Positions 28,625 through 38,031 of a stretch of DNA of 64,000 nt are shown here, one piece after another (positions within the stretch are counted from its first letter, which is position 1; each line of letters opens with the position of its first letter). The translations under genes and the position numbers were made by a program. The notes below the pieces were generated by a model. That model was not told where the DNA came from and made no database searches. It saw nothing but the letters and a program-made list of their open reading frames with translations. This DNA is from Actinomycetota bacterium (lineage in GTDB: Bacteria > Actinomycetota > Actinomycetes > Nanopelagicales > Nanopelagicaceae). The stretch covers positions 140 through 64,139 of the forward strand of contig WLKK01000001.1 of NCBI GenBank assembly GCA_009701305.1, given 5' to 3'.

Positions 28625-30198
28625 GCAACAAAGCCTTTTATCTGACCACGCCGATTTACTATGTAAATGATGCGCCGCATATAGGCCATGCATATACGAC
28701 AGTGGCTGGCGATGTTTTGACTCGTTGGCACCGTCAAAAAGGTGAGCAAGTTTGGTTTCTAACTGGCACTGACGAGCATGGACAAAAAGTTATGCGCACC
28801 GCAGAAGCCAATGGTAGCGACCCGCAGAGTTGGGCTGATCGGTTGGTCAAATCTGCTTGGATCCCAACTTGGGAAAAATTAAATATTGCGAATGATGATT
28901 TTATTAGAACAACTGAAGATCGACACATGGATCGCGTCCAACGCTTCTTACAAGGACTCAAAGATTCTGGCCATATCTACGAAGGTAAATATGAAGGACC
29001 ATACTGTGTTGGGTGCGAAGAGTTTAAACTTGCTGGAGATTTACTTGATGGTGCAACTCCTGATGAAAAACTTTGCCCGACCCACTCAAAACCTGTTGAG
29101 TTATTGAGTGAGACAAATTGGTTTTTTAAATTATCTGCTTTTGCTCAGCCCCTGATTGAACATTACAAAACGAATCCAAGTGCTTGTGAGCCGGCAAGTG
29201 CACGAAATGAAGTCCTCTCCTTCTTGGAAGGTGGCGTTTCAGATCTTTCAATTTCGCGCTCTTCGTTTGATTGGGGCATTCCAGTTCCTTGGGATACCAA
29301 GCAGGTCGTTTATGTCTGGTTTGATGCGCTCCTCAATTATGCGACTGCAGTAGGAATTGGTGATGATCCAAATTCTGAAGGTGGCAAAAAATTTGCGCAA
29401 AGTTGGCCTGCCGATGTTCACCTAGTTGGCAAGGACATCCTTAGATTCCATGCGGTCATCTGGCCAGCGATGTTAATGGCAGCAGGAATTCCGGTGCCGA
29501 AAAAAGTATTTGCGCATGGCTGGTTGCTTGTAGGTGGCGAAAAAATGAGCAAGAGCAAGTTAACTGGCATCGCACCCTCAGATATAACTGATTTTTTTGG
29601 TGTTGATGCATTTAGATATTACTTTTTGCGCTCAATTCCATTTGGCACAGATGGCTCTTTTTCTTGGGAAGATATGGTCGCTCGATATACCAGCGAACTT
29701 GCCAACGATTTCGGAAATTTAGCATCGAGATCTATTGCGATGATTGAAAAGTATTGCGACGGCAAAGTTCCACAACCAGCAGCGGAACCAAAAGTAGCCG
29801 AGGCAGCGCAAAAAGCTTGTGAAATAGCAGATGAGCAGATTTGCGCATTAGATTTTCAAGGTGGAATTTTAGCAATTCTAGATTTTTGTAAAGTGGTAAA
29901 TGGATATGTTACCGAACAGGCTCCATGGGTTTTGGCAAAAGATCCGGCAAATAAAGCTGAACTTGAAAAAGTTTTATATACAACCGTGGAGTCACTTCGA
30001 ATACTTGCTGTTTTATTTTACCCAGTGATGCCAGAAACTTGTGAAAAATTATGGGAAGCTCTTGGTGCAAAAATTCTAGGTCCAATTGGTGCTCAGAAAA
30101 TAAGTGAAGTTGCTACTTGGGGGCAATTACCAGCAGGTGTTCAAGTATCAAGGGGAGATGTGCTTTTCCCAAGATTGCCAGAACCGGAGAACGCGTGA
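28621..30198 (+). CDS. metG: Methionine--tRNA ligase
   Basis: 525 aa with the HIGH-type motif PHIGHAYT and KMSKS. The GTG start overlaps the rsmI stop (GTGA). Confidence 0.97.
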   Translation: MSNKAFYLTTPIYYVNDAPHIGHAYTTVAGDVLTRWHRQKGEQVWFLTGTDEHGQKVMRTAEANGSDPQSWADRLVKSAWIPTWEKLNIANDDFIRTTEDRHMDRVQRFLQGLKDSGHIYEGKYEGPYCVGCEEFKLAGDLLDGATPDEKLCPTHSKPVELLSETNWFFKLSAFAQPLIEHYKTNPSACEPASARNEVLSFLEGGVSDLSISRSSFDWGIPVPWDTKQVVYVWFDALLNYATAVGIGDDPNSEGGKKFAQSWPADVHLVGKDILRFHAVIWPAMLMAAGIPVPKKVFAHGWLLVGGEKMSKSKLTGIAPSDITDFFGVDAFRYYFLRSIPFGTDGSFSWEDMVARYTSELANDFGNLASRSIAMIEKYCDGKVPQPAAEPKVAEAAQKACEIADEQICALDFQGGILAILDFCKVVNGYVTEQAPWVLAKDPANKAELEKVLYTTVESLRILAVLFYPVMPETCEKLWEALGAKILGPIGAQKISEVATWGQLPAGVQVSRGDVLFPRLPEPENA

Positions 30199-31052
30199 CC
30201 GATCGGCACAATCGCGATATTGAAAGAGTTGCTGCGCCATTACCTGAACCGTTGGAAGAAACAACAATAGATTCACACTGTCACATGGAGTTAATTGCTG
30301 AAGGAAATGCAGATGACCCTACAGTTGGAATTATTTTAGCTGAAGCAAAAAGTGTGGGAATTGATCGAGTCGTTCAAATTGGTTATGACTTAGCACAATC
30401 AAAATGGTCAGTTGCATGTGCGAATGCTTGGCCAGGCAAAGTGCTTGCAGCTGTGGCTTTGCACCCAAATGAGGCTCCAGTTGTTGAAAATCTGGAAGAG
30501 CAGTTAACAGAGATTGAGAAATTAGCTGCGGATCCACGGGTTAGAGGAGTGGGGGAAACTGGGTTAGATTTTTTCAGAACTGAACCGGCTCTTCGTGCAA
30601 AACAAGAAGATTCCTTTAGAGCACACATTGAAATTGCGAAAAGAAAAAACAAGGCGTTAATTATTCACGATAGAGACTCGCATTCAGATGTCCTTCGAGT
30701 TTTGCGAGAAGTGGGAGCGCCTGAGAAAACTATTTTTCATTGCTTCTCTGGAGATCGAGAAATGGCAGAAGAATGTATTTCGGCTGGCTACTTCTTATCT
30801 TTTGCAGGAACGGTCACTTTTAAAAATGCTCCTGAACTGCGTGAGGCTTTGAAAATAACTCCACTTTCACAGATGTTAGTTGAGACAGATGCGCCATTTT
30901 TAGCTCCGATGCCACACCGAGGTTTGCTTAATTCGCCCGCTCAAATTCCAAACACTCTTAGATTTATGGCTGATGTAGTTCAACGTAACGTTAATGAATT
31001 AGCTATCGCAACCCGTGAAAATGCCTTAACTATCTTTGGCGCTTTCGAGTAA
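30195..31052 (+). CDS. tatD: TatD family metal-dependent hydrolase/DNase
   Basis: Motifs IDSHCHM, GETGLDF and ETDAPFLAP. The track ORF starts at 30117 inside metG; the in-frame GTG at 30195 overlaps the metG stop (GTGA). Confidence 0.9.
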   Translation: MTDRHNRDIERVAAPLPEPLEETTIDSHCHMELIAEGNADDPTVGIILAEAKSVGIDRVVQIGYDLAQSKWSVACANAWPGKVLAAVALHPNEAPVVENLEEQLTEIEKLAADPRVRGVGETGLDFFRTEPALRAKQEDSFRAHIEIAKRKNKALIIHDRDSHSDVLRVLREVGAPEKTIFHCFSGDREMAEECISAGYFLSFAGTVTFKNAPELREALKITPLSQMLVETDAPFLAPMPHRGLLNSPAQIPNTLRFMADVVQRNVNELAIATRENALTIFGAFE

Positions 31053-31054
31053 TA

Positions 31055-31924
31055 ATGGAAAATACTGAGCCTATTTCTTCGACTTCCCCAACTTTGGGTG
31101 CAAGTGAGATCCGTGAAATTGCAAAGCTGCTAGATCTACATCCGGCTAAATCCCTTGGCCAGAATTTTGTTATTGATGGAAATACCTGCAGAAAAATAGT
31201 GCGGCTAGCCGATATAAATAATGAGGATACTGTTTTAGAAATTGGCCCAGGGCTCGGGTCATTAACTATTGCACTTTTGCCAGTGGCACGTGAAGTGATT
31301 GCAGTAGAGATTGACCGTAGATTAGCCACCCAGTTAATAGAAACGATGCAAAATAAAATTCCAAACCATGCAGACAAATTGCAAATTATTAATGAGGATG
31401 CTCAATTAATAAATACTTTGCCACAATCCCCAACAGCTTTAGTCGCAAACCTTCCGTATAACATTTCAGTACCGGTAATTTTACACTTACTTGAAAAGTT
31501 TCCGTCAATTAATAAAGGGTTAGTAATGGTGCAAGCAGAAGTCGCCCAACGTCTGGCTGCCAAGCCTGGAAATAAAATTTATGGAACTCCCAGTGTTAAG
31601 GCAAAATGGTGGGCTGATATGTCTATTGCTGGAAATGTTTCAAGGGAAGTGTTTTGGCCAGTCCCAAATGTAGATTCATTGTTGGTGGCATTTAAGCGCG
31701 GAGAATCCCCAGGGGATGAAGCGCTCAGAGTTCAAACCTTCACTGTCATTGACGCTGCTTTTTCACAGCGTCGCAAAATGCTGAGAAGTGCATTAAGTGT
31801 TTGGGCAGGAGGAAGTTCTTCTGCAATTGAAATTTTAGAAAAGGCTGGAGTAGCCCAAACTTCTCGGGCGGAGGAGCTAGAACTTAAAGAATTCATTGCA
31901 ATTGCTCAGGCTAGAAGCATTTAG
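31055..31924 (+). CDS. rsmA: 16S rRNA (adenine1518/1519-N6)-dimethyltransferase
   Basis: 289 aa with SLGQNFV, EIGPGLGSLT and ANLPYNIS. Confidence 0.95.
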   Translation: MENTEPISSTSPTLGASEIREIAKLLDLHPAKSLGQNFVIDGNTCRKIVRLADINNEDTVLEIGPGLGSLTIALLPVAREVIAVEIDRRLATQLIETMQNKIPNHADKLQIINEDAQLINTLPQSPTALVANLPYNISVPVILHLLEKFPSINKGLVMVQAEVAQRLAAKPGNKIYGTPSVKAKWWADMSIAGNVSREVFWPVPNVDSLLVAFKRGESPGDEALRVQTFTVIDAAFSQRRKMLRSALSVWAGGSSSAIEILEKAGVAQTSRAEELELKEFIAIAQARSI

Positions 31925-31951
31925 ATTAATTCTTACCAATAAGGTAAAGCC

Positions 31952-32854
31952 ATGAAAGTTGTTGTTCGTGCCCCCGCAAAGATAAATTTGCAATTATCAG
32001 TTGGGCCACTCGGTGAAGATGGATTTCATGAATTAGCGACTGTCTTTCAAGCGATTTCTATCTATGATGAAATAACAATTGAATCTGCAGCAAAAGCAAG
32101 TGGGATTAATTTAACTTTTTCAGGAGATGGCGCTGCAGGTTTACCAGTAGATGATAAAAATCTGGCTTGCCAAGCCACAAAATTATTTGCCAAATATACA
32201 AAAATTGAGTGTGATATTAAAATTTCAATAAAAAAAGGAATCCCAATTGCTGGAGGCATGGCTGGCGGAAGTGCAGATGCAGCAGGAACGCTTGTGGCCC
32301 TTGACGCATTATTTGAGACAGCTCTACGAAAAGATGAGTTGCTTAAACTTGCAGCAAAACTTGGAAGCGATGTTCCTTTTTCATTGATGGGTGGAACAGC
32401 TATTGGTAGTGGCCGTGGAGATCAACTAACGCCAGCATTATGTCGTGGTACTTTTCATTGGGTTTTAGCTTTTTCCTCTCAAGGGCTATCGACCCCTGCG
32501 GTCTATGCCGAATCCGATCGGTTACGCCAATCCCTAGATATTAGAAAACCACGAGTTAGTGAAGAGTTGATGCACGCGCTAAGTGGTGGAGATGCAATTG
32601 GATTAGGAAAAGCTTTAGTTAATGATTTACAACCAGCAGCAATCTCTCTTCGTCCCGCTCTTAAGATGGCGATAGGTGCTGGAATTGAATGCAAAGCGAT
32701 TGGTGCAATAGTTTCTGGATCTGGGCCAACGGTTGCGTTTCTAGCGGTTGATGAGGAGAGTGCGATCGACTTAGCAGTAGCACTTTCTTCCACTGGCGCA
32801 GTCACAAAGATCAACCGAGCCAGCAGCCCAGTGCATGGACCTAAAGTTATCTAG
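31952..32854 (+). CDS. ispE: 4-diphosphocytidyl-2-C-methyl-D-erythritol kinase
   Basis: 300 aa with APAKINLQLSVG and PIAGGMAGGSADAAG (GHMP kinase motif). Confidence 0.95.
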   Translation: MKVVVRAPAKINLQLSVGPLGEDGFHELATVFQAISIYDEITIESAAKASGINLTFSGDGAAGLPVDDKNLACQATKLFAKYTKIECDIKISIKKGIPIAGGMAGGSADAAGTLVALDALFETALRKDELLKLAAKLGSDVPFSLMGGTAIGSGRGDQLTPALCRGTFHWVLAFSSQGLSTPAVYAESDRLRQSLDIRKPRVSEELMHALSGGDAIGLGKALVNDLQPAAISLRPALKMAIGAGIECKAIGAIVSGSGPTVAFLAVDEESAIDLAVALSSTGAVTKINRASSPVHGPKVI

Positions 32855-33987
32855 TAAATCTCAACAGTGTGCTTGTCAATGAAATCCCAGTCATATTCAA
32901 TTCCTAGTCCAACGCCAGTTGGAGCTTGAACATAGCCATCTTTGATTACCAATCCATTTTTTAATCCAAAATTGAAGTCATCAAATGGATACAAAGTTTC
33001 GAAGAATTGGCAATTTGATATTGCAAGCGAAGCATGAAGTTGAACCATCTCAAGTCCATGATAAATAGTTGTATGCAATTCGCATCGAACACCAAAAGCT
33101 TCAGCAAGGTGTGCAGTTTTCATAACAGCGGTTAAGCCACCGCGCCAAGAGACATCGGTTCTGACTATGTCCACAATATCTTCTTTAATATAAAGCGCTG
33201 TTGAATATTGAGCACCTGCTATTACTTCAGTTCCACAGATTGGAATATCTAACTTCTCCCGTAACTTTCTAAGCGTATTAAAATTGACATCTAGAACTGG
33301 TTCTTCCATCCAAAGATAATTTAACCGCTCTAGTTCACGGCCTACTTTTAACGCTTCTTCATAGTTATAAGCAATAACTGAATCTGCCATTAAATTGAAA
33401 TCATCGCCAACTGCTTTTCGGACTGCACGGTAGCAAGCAATATCCTCTTCTACAGTTCCAGGTGGGTGCAGCTTGTAACCTTTATAGCCTTTTGCCTTTG
33501 CAGATAAAGCCTCTGCAACATACTCATCTGGTCCTGGTAAAAACATTGAGCTGACATAAAGTGGAACTTCTTCGCGCGCAGCGCCAAGCATTTTATAAAC
33601 TGGCATTTCAGCAATTTTGCCTTTTATATCCCAGCATGCGTTATCAAAAGGACCATATGCATAAATTGGAACGTGATTCCATTTGCGATCAAAATTTTCA
33701 AACTCTTTTAATGCTTTCTCTGTATCAAAAGGATTTCGACCAATGAAAAATGGCTTAATAGCTGACATGGCTTTACCGGCGATAGTTGCATCAAGTGCGC
33801 CAAAACCAAATGAAGTTCCAGTTACTCCATCAGCAGTTGTTAACGTCACGACTGTGAAATCTGGACGGTTGCCGCCCGGCAACTTGACTCCACGTACTGC
33901 GTCAATCGATTCGCCCTTGTCGCTGCCACGGCAGGCGCGGATCTCTACTTTTTCAATTACTGAATCGCTTTTGGCATTCTTACTCAC
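32851..33987 (-). CDS. Enolase-superfamily enzyme (mandelate racemase/muconate lactonizing family)
   Basis: 378 aa with NACWDIKGK, YKLH, ligands MADSV / MEEP / CGTEV, and VRTDVSWRGG plus CELHT. The catalytic set looks intact. Confidence 0.88.
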   Translation of the reverse strand: MSKNAKSDSVIEKVEIRACRGSDKGESIDAVRGVKLPGGNRPDFTVVTLTTADGVTGTSFGFGALDATIAGKAMSAIKPFFIGRNPFDTEKALKEFENFDRKWNHVPIYAYGPFDNACWDIKGKIAEMPVYKMLGAAREEVPLYVSSMFLPGPDEYVAEALSAKAKGYKGYKLHPPGTVEEDIACYRAVRKAVGDDFNLMADSVIAYNYEEALKVGRELERLNYLWMEEPVLDVNFNTLRKLREKLDIPICGTEVIAGAQYSTALYIKEDIVDIVRTDVSWRGGLTAVMKTAHLAEAFGVRCELHTTIYHGLEMVQLHASLAISNCQFFETLYPFDDFNFGLKNGLVIKDGYVQAPTGVGLGIEYDWDFIDKHTVEIY

Positions 33988-34072
33988 GGATAGCTCCCTT
34001 ATGAAAAATGTGAAAAATCGTTTTCCCAGAGGCTACAGCGCGGAGGGTGCAAATTCAATACTTATTTGCTGG

Positions 34073-34110
34073 TGATCAACTCTGATCAACCCTGATCAAC
34101 CCTGATCAAG
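34073..34110. promoter_or_regulatory. Array of four TGATCA palindromes at exact 10-bp spacing (candidate operator)
   Basis: TGATCAACTC TGATCAACCC TGATCAACCC TGATCAAG, with TGATCA at 34073, 34083, 34093 and 34103. It spans the marR stop codon and lies 86-123 nt upstream of the enolase-family gene start (33987). Confidence 0.6.
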
Positions 34111-34587
34111 GTTGTTGAGCACCGCCCCTAATAGATTTGCCAATACCTTCTGCTGAGAAGAATCAAGTGAGTTAATTAACTCTCGCTCCCGTAAAAGCAG
34201 ATCGGCCATAGATTCATCCACTGCTTTGATTCCAAGAGAACTCAGTTTTACTAATGAGCCCCGACCATCAGATGGATCAGCGCTTCGTGAAAGAAATCCA
34301 GCACCTTCTAATAAATCAAGTCGATGTGTAATTGTTCCACTAGAAACCAATGTTTCATGCATTAACTGTCCAGGAGTTAATTGATATGGCTTGCCAGCCC
34401 GACGCAATGCAGCAAGCACATCAAATCCCCAAGTTTCTAAACCATGATGCGAAAAAGCATTCCTTCTAGCAATATCTAATTGACGGGCTACTCGAGTTAT
34501 TCGACTTAAAATTTCAAGTGGCGCAACATCTAAATCTGGACGTTCGCGTTTCCATGCAGAAACAATTCGATCAACTTCATCGCTCAT
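34096..34587 (-). CDS. MarR family transcriptional regulator
   Basis: A winged-helix MarR core is visible (FDVLAALRRAGKPYQLTPGQLMHETLVSSGTITHRLDLLEGAGFLSRSADPSDGRG). The likely start MSDEVDR at 34587 overlaps the TetR 3' end by 11 nt; the track start is 34638. Confidence 0.85.
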   Translation of the reverse strand: MSDEVDRIVSAWKRERPDLDVAPLEILSRITRVARQLDIARRNAFSHHGLETWGFDVLAALRRAGKPYQLTPGQLMHETLVSSGTITHRLDLLEGAGFLSRSADPSDGRGSLVKLSSLGIKAVDESMADLLLRERELINSLDSSQQKVLANLLGAVLNNLDQG

Positions 34588-35224
34588 TATTTTTCCCTGC
34601 CGGATTTCGCGATAATTTAGGGTTAGATTCCAATCCAACTAAACCATTCCAGGCAAGGTTTACAATGTGTGCAGCGACTTCCTCGCGTGTAAGTAACCGG
34701 GCATCAAGCCACCACTGACCAGTCAATGCAACCATTCCTACGAGCATCTGCGCATACATCGGAGCCATTCGTGGATCAAAGCCGCGCGCACCTAATTCAG
34801 CAACAAAGATGTGTTCAACTTGTGATGCAGCTTCACTTAGTAAAGTTGCGAAAGATCCACTCTGTCCACCAACAGGAGAGTTCAAAACTAAAATTCGGAA
34901 ACCATCACTGCGAGTTTCAATGTAAGTTAAAAAAGCCAACGCCGCATTTTCTGCTTTGACTCGCGGACTTCCCGTTAAAAGTGATTCTGAAATCAATTGC
35001 AGCAACGCCCGCATCTCGCGATCGACTACAACGGCATACAAACCTTCTTTGCCTCCGAAATGTTCATAAATAAGTGGCTTGGATACACCGGCGCTGGCCG
35101 CGATCTCTTCGACACTGGTTCCTTCAATCCCTTTTTCAGCGAAAAGGGCGAGGCCAACTTCAATTAATTGAGCCCGTCTTTGGGCGCTGGTCATCCGGAT
35201 TCTGGCTGGAATTGGGGCACTCAC
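34577..35224 (-). CDS. TetR/AcrR family transcriptional regulator
   Basis: 215 aa with an N-terminal HTH (RRAQLIEVGLALFAEKGIEGTSVEEIAASAGVSKPLIYEHFGGKEGLY). It is divergent from tRNA-Gln and glmU. Confidence 0.9.
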   Translation of the reverse strand: MSAPIPARIRMTSAQRRAQLIEVGLALFAEKGIEGTSVEEIAASAGVSKPLIYEHFGGKEGLYAVVVDREMRALLQLISESLLTGSPRVKAENAALAFLTYIETRSDGFRILVLNSPVGGQSGSFATLLSEAASQVEHIFVAELGARGFDPRMAPMYAQMLVGMVALTGQWWLDARLLTREEVAAHIVNLAWNGLVGLESNPKLSRNPAGKNNER

Positions 35225-35281
35225 GAGAAAGAGGGTAGCGGTATGGTCGAAAGTGGCTAATTTTTGCGAGAGAATACAGGT

Positions 35282-35353
35282 TCCGCCATTGTGTAGTGGC
35301 TAGCACATGGGCCTTTGAAGCCCAGGGTCCAGGATCGATACCTGGTGGCGGAG
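35282..35353 (+). tRNA. tRNA-Gln (anticodon TTG)
   Basis: Hand-folded cloverleaf: acceptor TCCGCCA/TGGCGGA, D arm GTGT-AGTGGCTA-GCAC, anticodon arm TGGGC-CTTTGAA-GCCCA, T arm CCAGG-ATCGATA-CCTGG (unusual A54), G73, no encoded CCA. Confidence 0.85.
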
Positions 35354-35425
35354 CTCTCTTCCCCGGCTAGACCTTAGGCTTAACCCAGTGCAGTAGATAT
35401 AGAAGCTAGCAGAGGGGAGACATTC

Positions 35426-36874
35426 TTGTCTGGGATGTCTGTTAAGTCTGGGGCATCTGCCGGTCCAGTGATCTTTATTCTCGCTGCAGGTGAAGGCACT
35501 CGGATGCAATCTCAACTTCCCAAAGTTTTACATAAAGTTTTAGGCCGCACATTAATTGAACATGTAATCGATGCAACTAATGAATTAAATCCAAGTCAAT
35601 TAGTAATTGTCGTTGGCGCACATCGTGAGATGGTTGAAGAAGTTGTAAATAAAGTCTCCCCTAACGCAAAAATCGTCGTACAAGAAAAACGTGGCGGAAC
35701 TGGTCATGCCGTTCGAATAGCGTTAGAAAATGTAAAAGTATCTGCAGAGGTTCCCATATTGGTTTTGGCTGGTGATATTCCACTTATTACTTCAACAACT
35801 TTACTATCACTATTGGATACGCATGTAGCAGAACAAAATTCGGCCACAGTTCTCACTGCAGAGATAGATGACCCTGAAGGTTATGGACGAATTGTGCGAG
35901 ATGGAAGTGATGGAATTCTAAGAATTGTTGAAGATCGAGATGCAACGGAGATAGAGCGCGAAATAACTGAAATAAATTCCAGCGTTTACGTTTTCAATTC
36001 ACATGATCTTGTTGATTCATTAAGTAAAATTAATAGTAAGAATGCCCAAGGTGAAGAGTATTTAACTGACGCTATTGGAGTATTGCAATCGACAGGCAAG
36101 CGAGTTGAGCCAGTTATTGTTGAAGACTTCATCGAAATTCTTGGCGTAAATGATCGGTTCCAATTATCAGAGTGCACGGCATTATTGCGAGACCGAATTA
36201 ACCTGCATTGGATGAAAAACGGCGTGACCATGATTGACCCAACAACTGTTTGGATTGACCCAACAGTTTCATTATCGCAAGATGTAATTATTTATCCAGA
36301 AGTTGCGCTCGCCGGAAGCACTTCAGTTGAAAGTGGAGTAACCATCGGCGCCCGAACTACGTTAATTAATTGTGAAGTTAAAAGTGGAGCAAATATTCGA
36401 GATTCATATTGCGATGGAGCTCAAATTGGGGCTGACGCAACGGTCGGACCTTTTTCATATTTGCGACCTGGAACGGTTCTTGAAAAAGGCGTCAAAGTAG
36501 GCGCGTATGTTGAAGTAAAAGGATCTCAGATCGGCGCCGGCTCTAAAGTTCCGCACCTTTCATATATTGGAGATGCCACAATTGGCGTCGGCACAAATAT
36601 TGGTGCTGCAACAGTTACAGTGAATTACGACGGAGTTGAAAAGCATCACACCGTTATCGGCGACCATGTTCGAATTGGTAGTGACACCATGTTGGTTGCG
36701 CCGCTTTCAATTGGTGATGGGGCATATACCGCCGCTGGATCAGTAATTACTGAAGATGTACCGGCGGGTTCAATGGGTGTTGGACGTGCGCGCCAACGTA
36801 ATATCCTCGGGTGGGTGCTGCGCAAGCGCAGTGGAAGTGACTCAGCTAGAGCTGCCGAGAAGCATGCGAAATAA
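35426..36874 (+). CDS. glmU: Bifunctional GlcNAc-1-phosphate uridylyltransferase / glucosamine-1-phosphate acetyltransferase
   Basis: 482 aa with LAAGEGTRM and C-terminal left-handed beta-helix hexapeptide repeats. Start is TTG 35426 or ATG 35435. Confidence 0.96.
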   Translation: MSGMSVKSGASAGPVIFILAAGEGTRMQSQLPKVLHKVLGRTLIEHVIDATNELNPSQLVIVVGAHREMVEEVVNKVSPNAKIVVQEKRGGTGHAVRIALENVKVSAEVPILVLAGDIPLITSTTLLSLLDTHVAEQNSATVLTAEIDDPEGYGRIVRDGSDGILRIVEDRDATEIEREITEINSSVYVFNSHDLVDSLSKINSKNAQGEEYLTDAIGVLQSTGKRVEPVIVEDFIEILGVNDRFQLSECTALLRDRINLHWMKNGVTMIDPTTVWIDPTVSLSQDVIIYPEVALAGSTSVESGVTIGARTTLINCEVKSGANIRDSYCDGAQIGADATVGPFSYLRPGTVLEKGVKVGAYVEVKGSQIGAGSKVPHLSYIGDATIGVGTNIGAATVTVNYDGVEKHHTVIGDHVRIGSDTMLVAPLSIGDGAYTAAGSVITEDVPAGSMGVGRARQRNILGWVLRKRSGSDSARAAEKHAK

Positions 36875-36889
36875 CGAGGGGATCTAATT

Positions 36890-37873
36890 ATGAGCAACGA
36901 GATTCGACTCTCCCCCGAAAAGCGATTGCGGCTTTTTACTGGTCGCGCTTTTCCCGAGTTAGCCGAACAAGTTGCCGCTGAACTTGGAATCCCAATTACA
37001 CCAACATCTGCATATGACTTTGCTAATGGTGAAATATTTGTTCGATTTGAAGAGAGTGTGCGTGGTTGCGATGCATTTGTTTTGCAAAGCCATGCAACCC
37101 CAGTAAATAAACACATTATGGAACAATTGATTATGGTTGACGCACTAAAACGTGCTTCTGCAAAACGAATTACTGTAGTTGCACCTTTCTATGGGTATGC
37201 ACGTCAAGACAAGAAGCACCGTGGACGCGAACCAATCTCAGCTCGATTGATGGCCGATTTATTTAAGACTGCTGGCGCTGATCGCTTAATGGTTGTTGAT
37301 TTGCACACATCACAAATTCAAGGATTTTTTGATGGGCCGGTTGATCATCTCTTTGCACTTCCTTTGCTGGCAAATTACGTTGGAAGCAAAGTTGATAGAT
37401 CGCGATTGACTATTGTTTCACCAGATTCAGGTCGAGTTAGAGTGGCTGAACGTTGGAGCGATTTGCTAGGCGGATGTCCTATTGCCTTTATCCATAAAAC
37501 TCGTGACCCAAGAATTCCAAATGAATCATCAACCGGAAGAGTAGTTGGTGATGTCAAAGGACAAACTTGCGTAGTAATCGATGACATGATCGATACAGCA
37601 GGAACAATTACTAAAGCAGTTGATGCACTTTTTGAAGATGGAGCCGCTGAAGTAATAATTGCAGCAACACATGCGGTTATGTCAGGACCTGCAATTGAGC
37701 GTTTACGTAATTCGCGCGCAAGTGAAATCGTGATTACAGATACTTTGCCGATTGCAGATGAATGGAAATTTGACCGATTAACTGTGCTTTCAATCGCCCC
37801 ACTTCTTGGCCGAGCCATCCGTGAGGTTTTTGAAGATGGATCAGTCACCAGCCTCTTTGATGGTCATTCTTAA
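36890..37873 (+). CDS. prs: Ribose-phosphate pyrophosphokinase
   Basis: 327 aa with YARQDKK, DLHTSQIQGFF and VIDDMIDTAGT. Confidence 0.97.
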   Translation: MSNEIRLSPEKRLRLFTGRAFPELAEQVAAELGIPITPTSAYDFANGEIFVRFEESVRGCDAFVLQSHATPVNKHIMEQLIMVDALKRASAKRITVVAPFYGYARQDKKHRGREPISARLMADLFKTAGADRLMVVDLHTSQIQGFFDGPVDHLFALPLLANYVGSKVDRSRLTIVSPDSGRVRVAERWSDLLGGCPIAFIHKTRDPRIPNESSTGRVVGDVKGQTCVVIDDMIDTAGTITKAVDALFEDGAAEVIIAATHAVMSGPAIERLRNSRASEIVITDTLPIADEWKFDRLTVLSIAPLLGRAIREVFEDGSVTSLFDGHS

Positions 37874-38031
37874 GCCTTAGCCAGTTAATCAGTTAGGTAC
37901 TGCCTGAGCCACAATTTCCATTTCCAACCATCATTGGCTAACCTTCGGCTTATTCCGGCGAGGGGGAAACCTCCCGTTATCGACGGGGCTTCGAAAGAAG
38001 TTCTCGCTGGGCAAATTACCAGGAGGATGTA

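Noticed and set aside
35300-35515. 71-aa minus-strand ORF between the TetR gene and glmU
   Set aside because: It overlaps the tRNA-Gln gene and the glmU 5' end. The Arg/Cys/Ser-rich translation is not protein-like.
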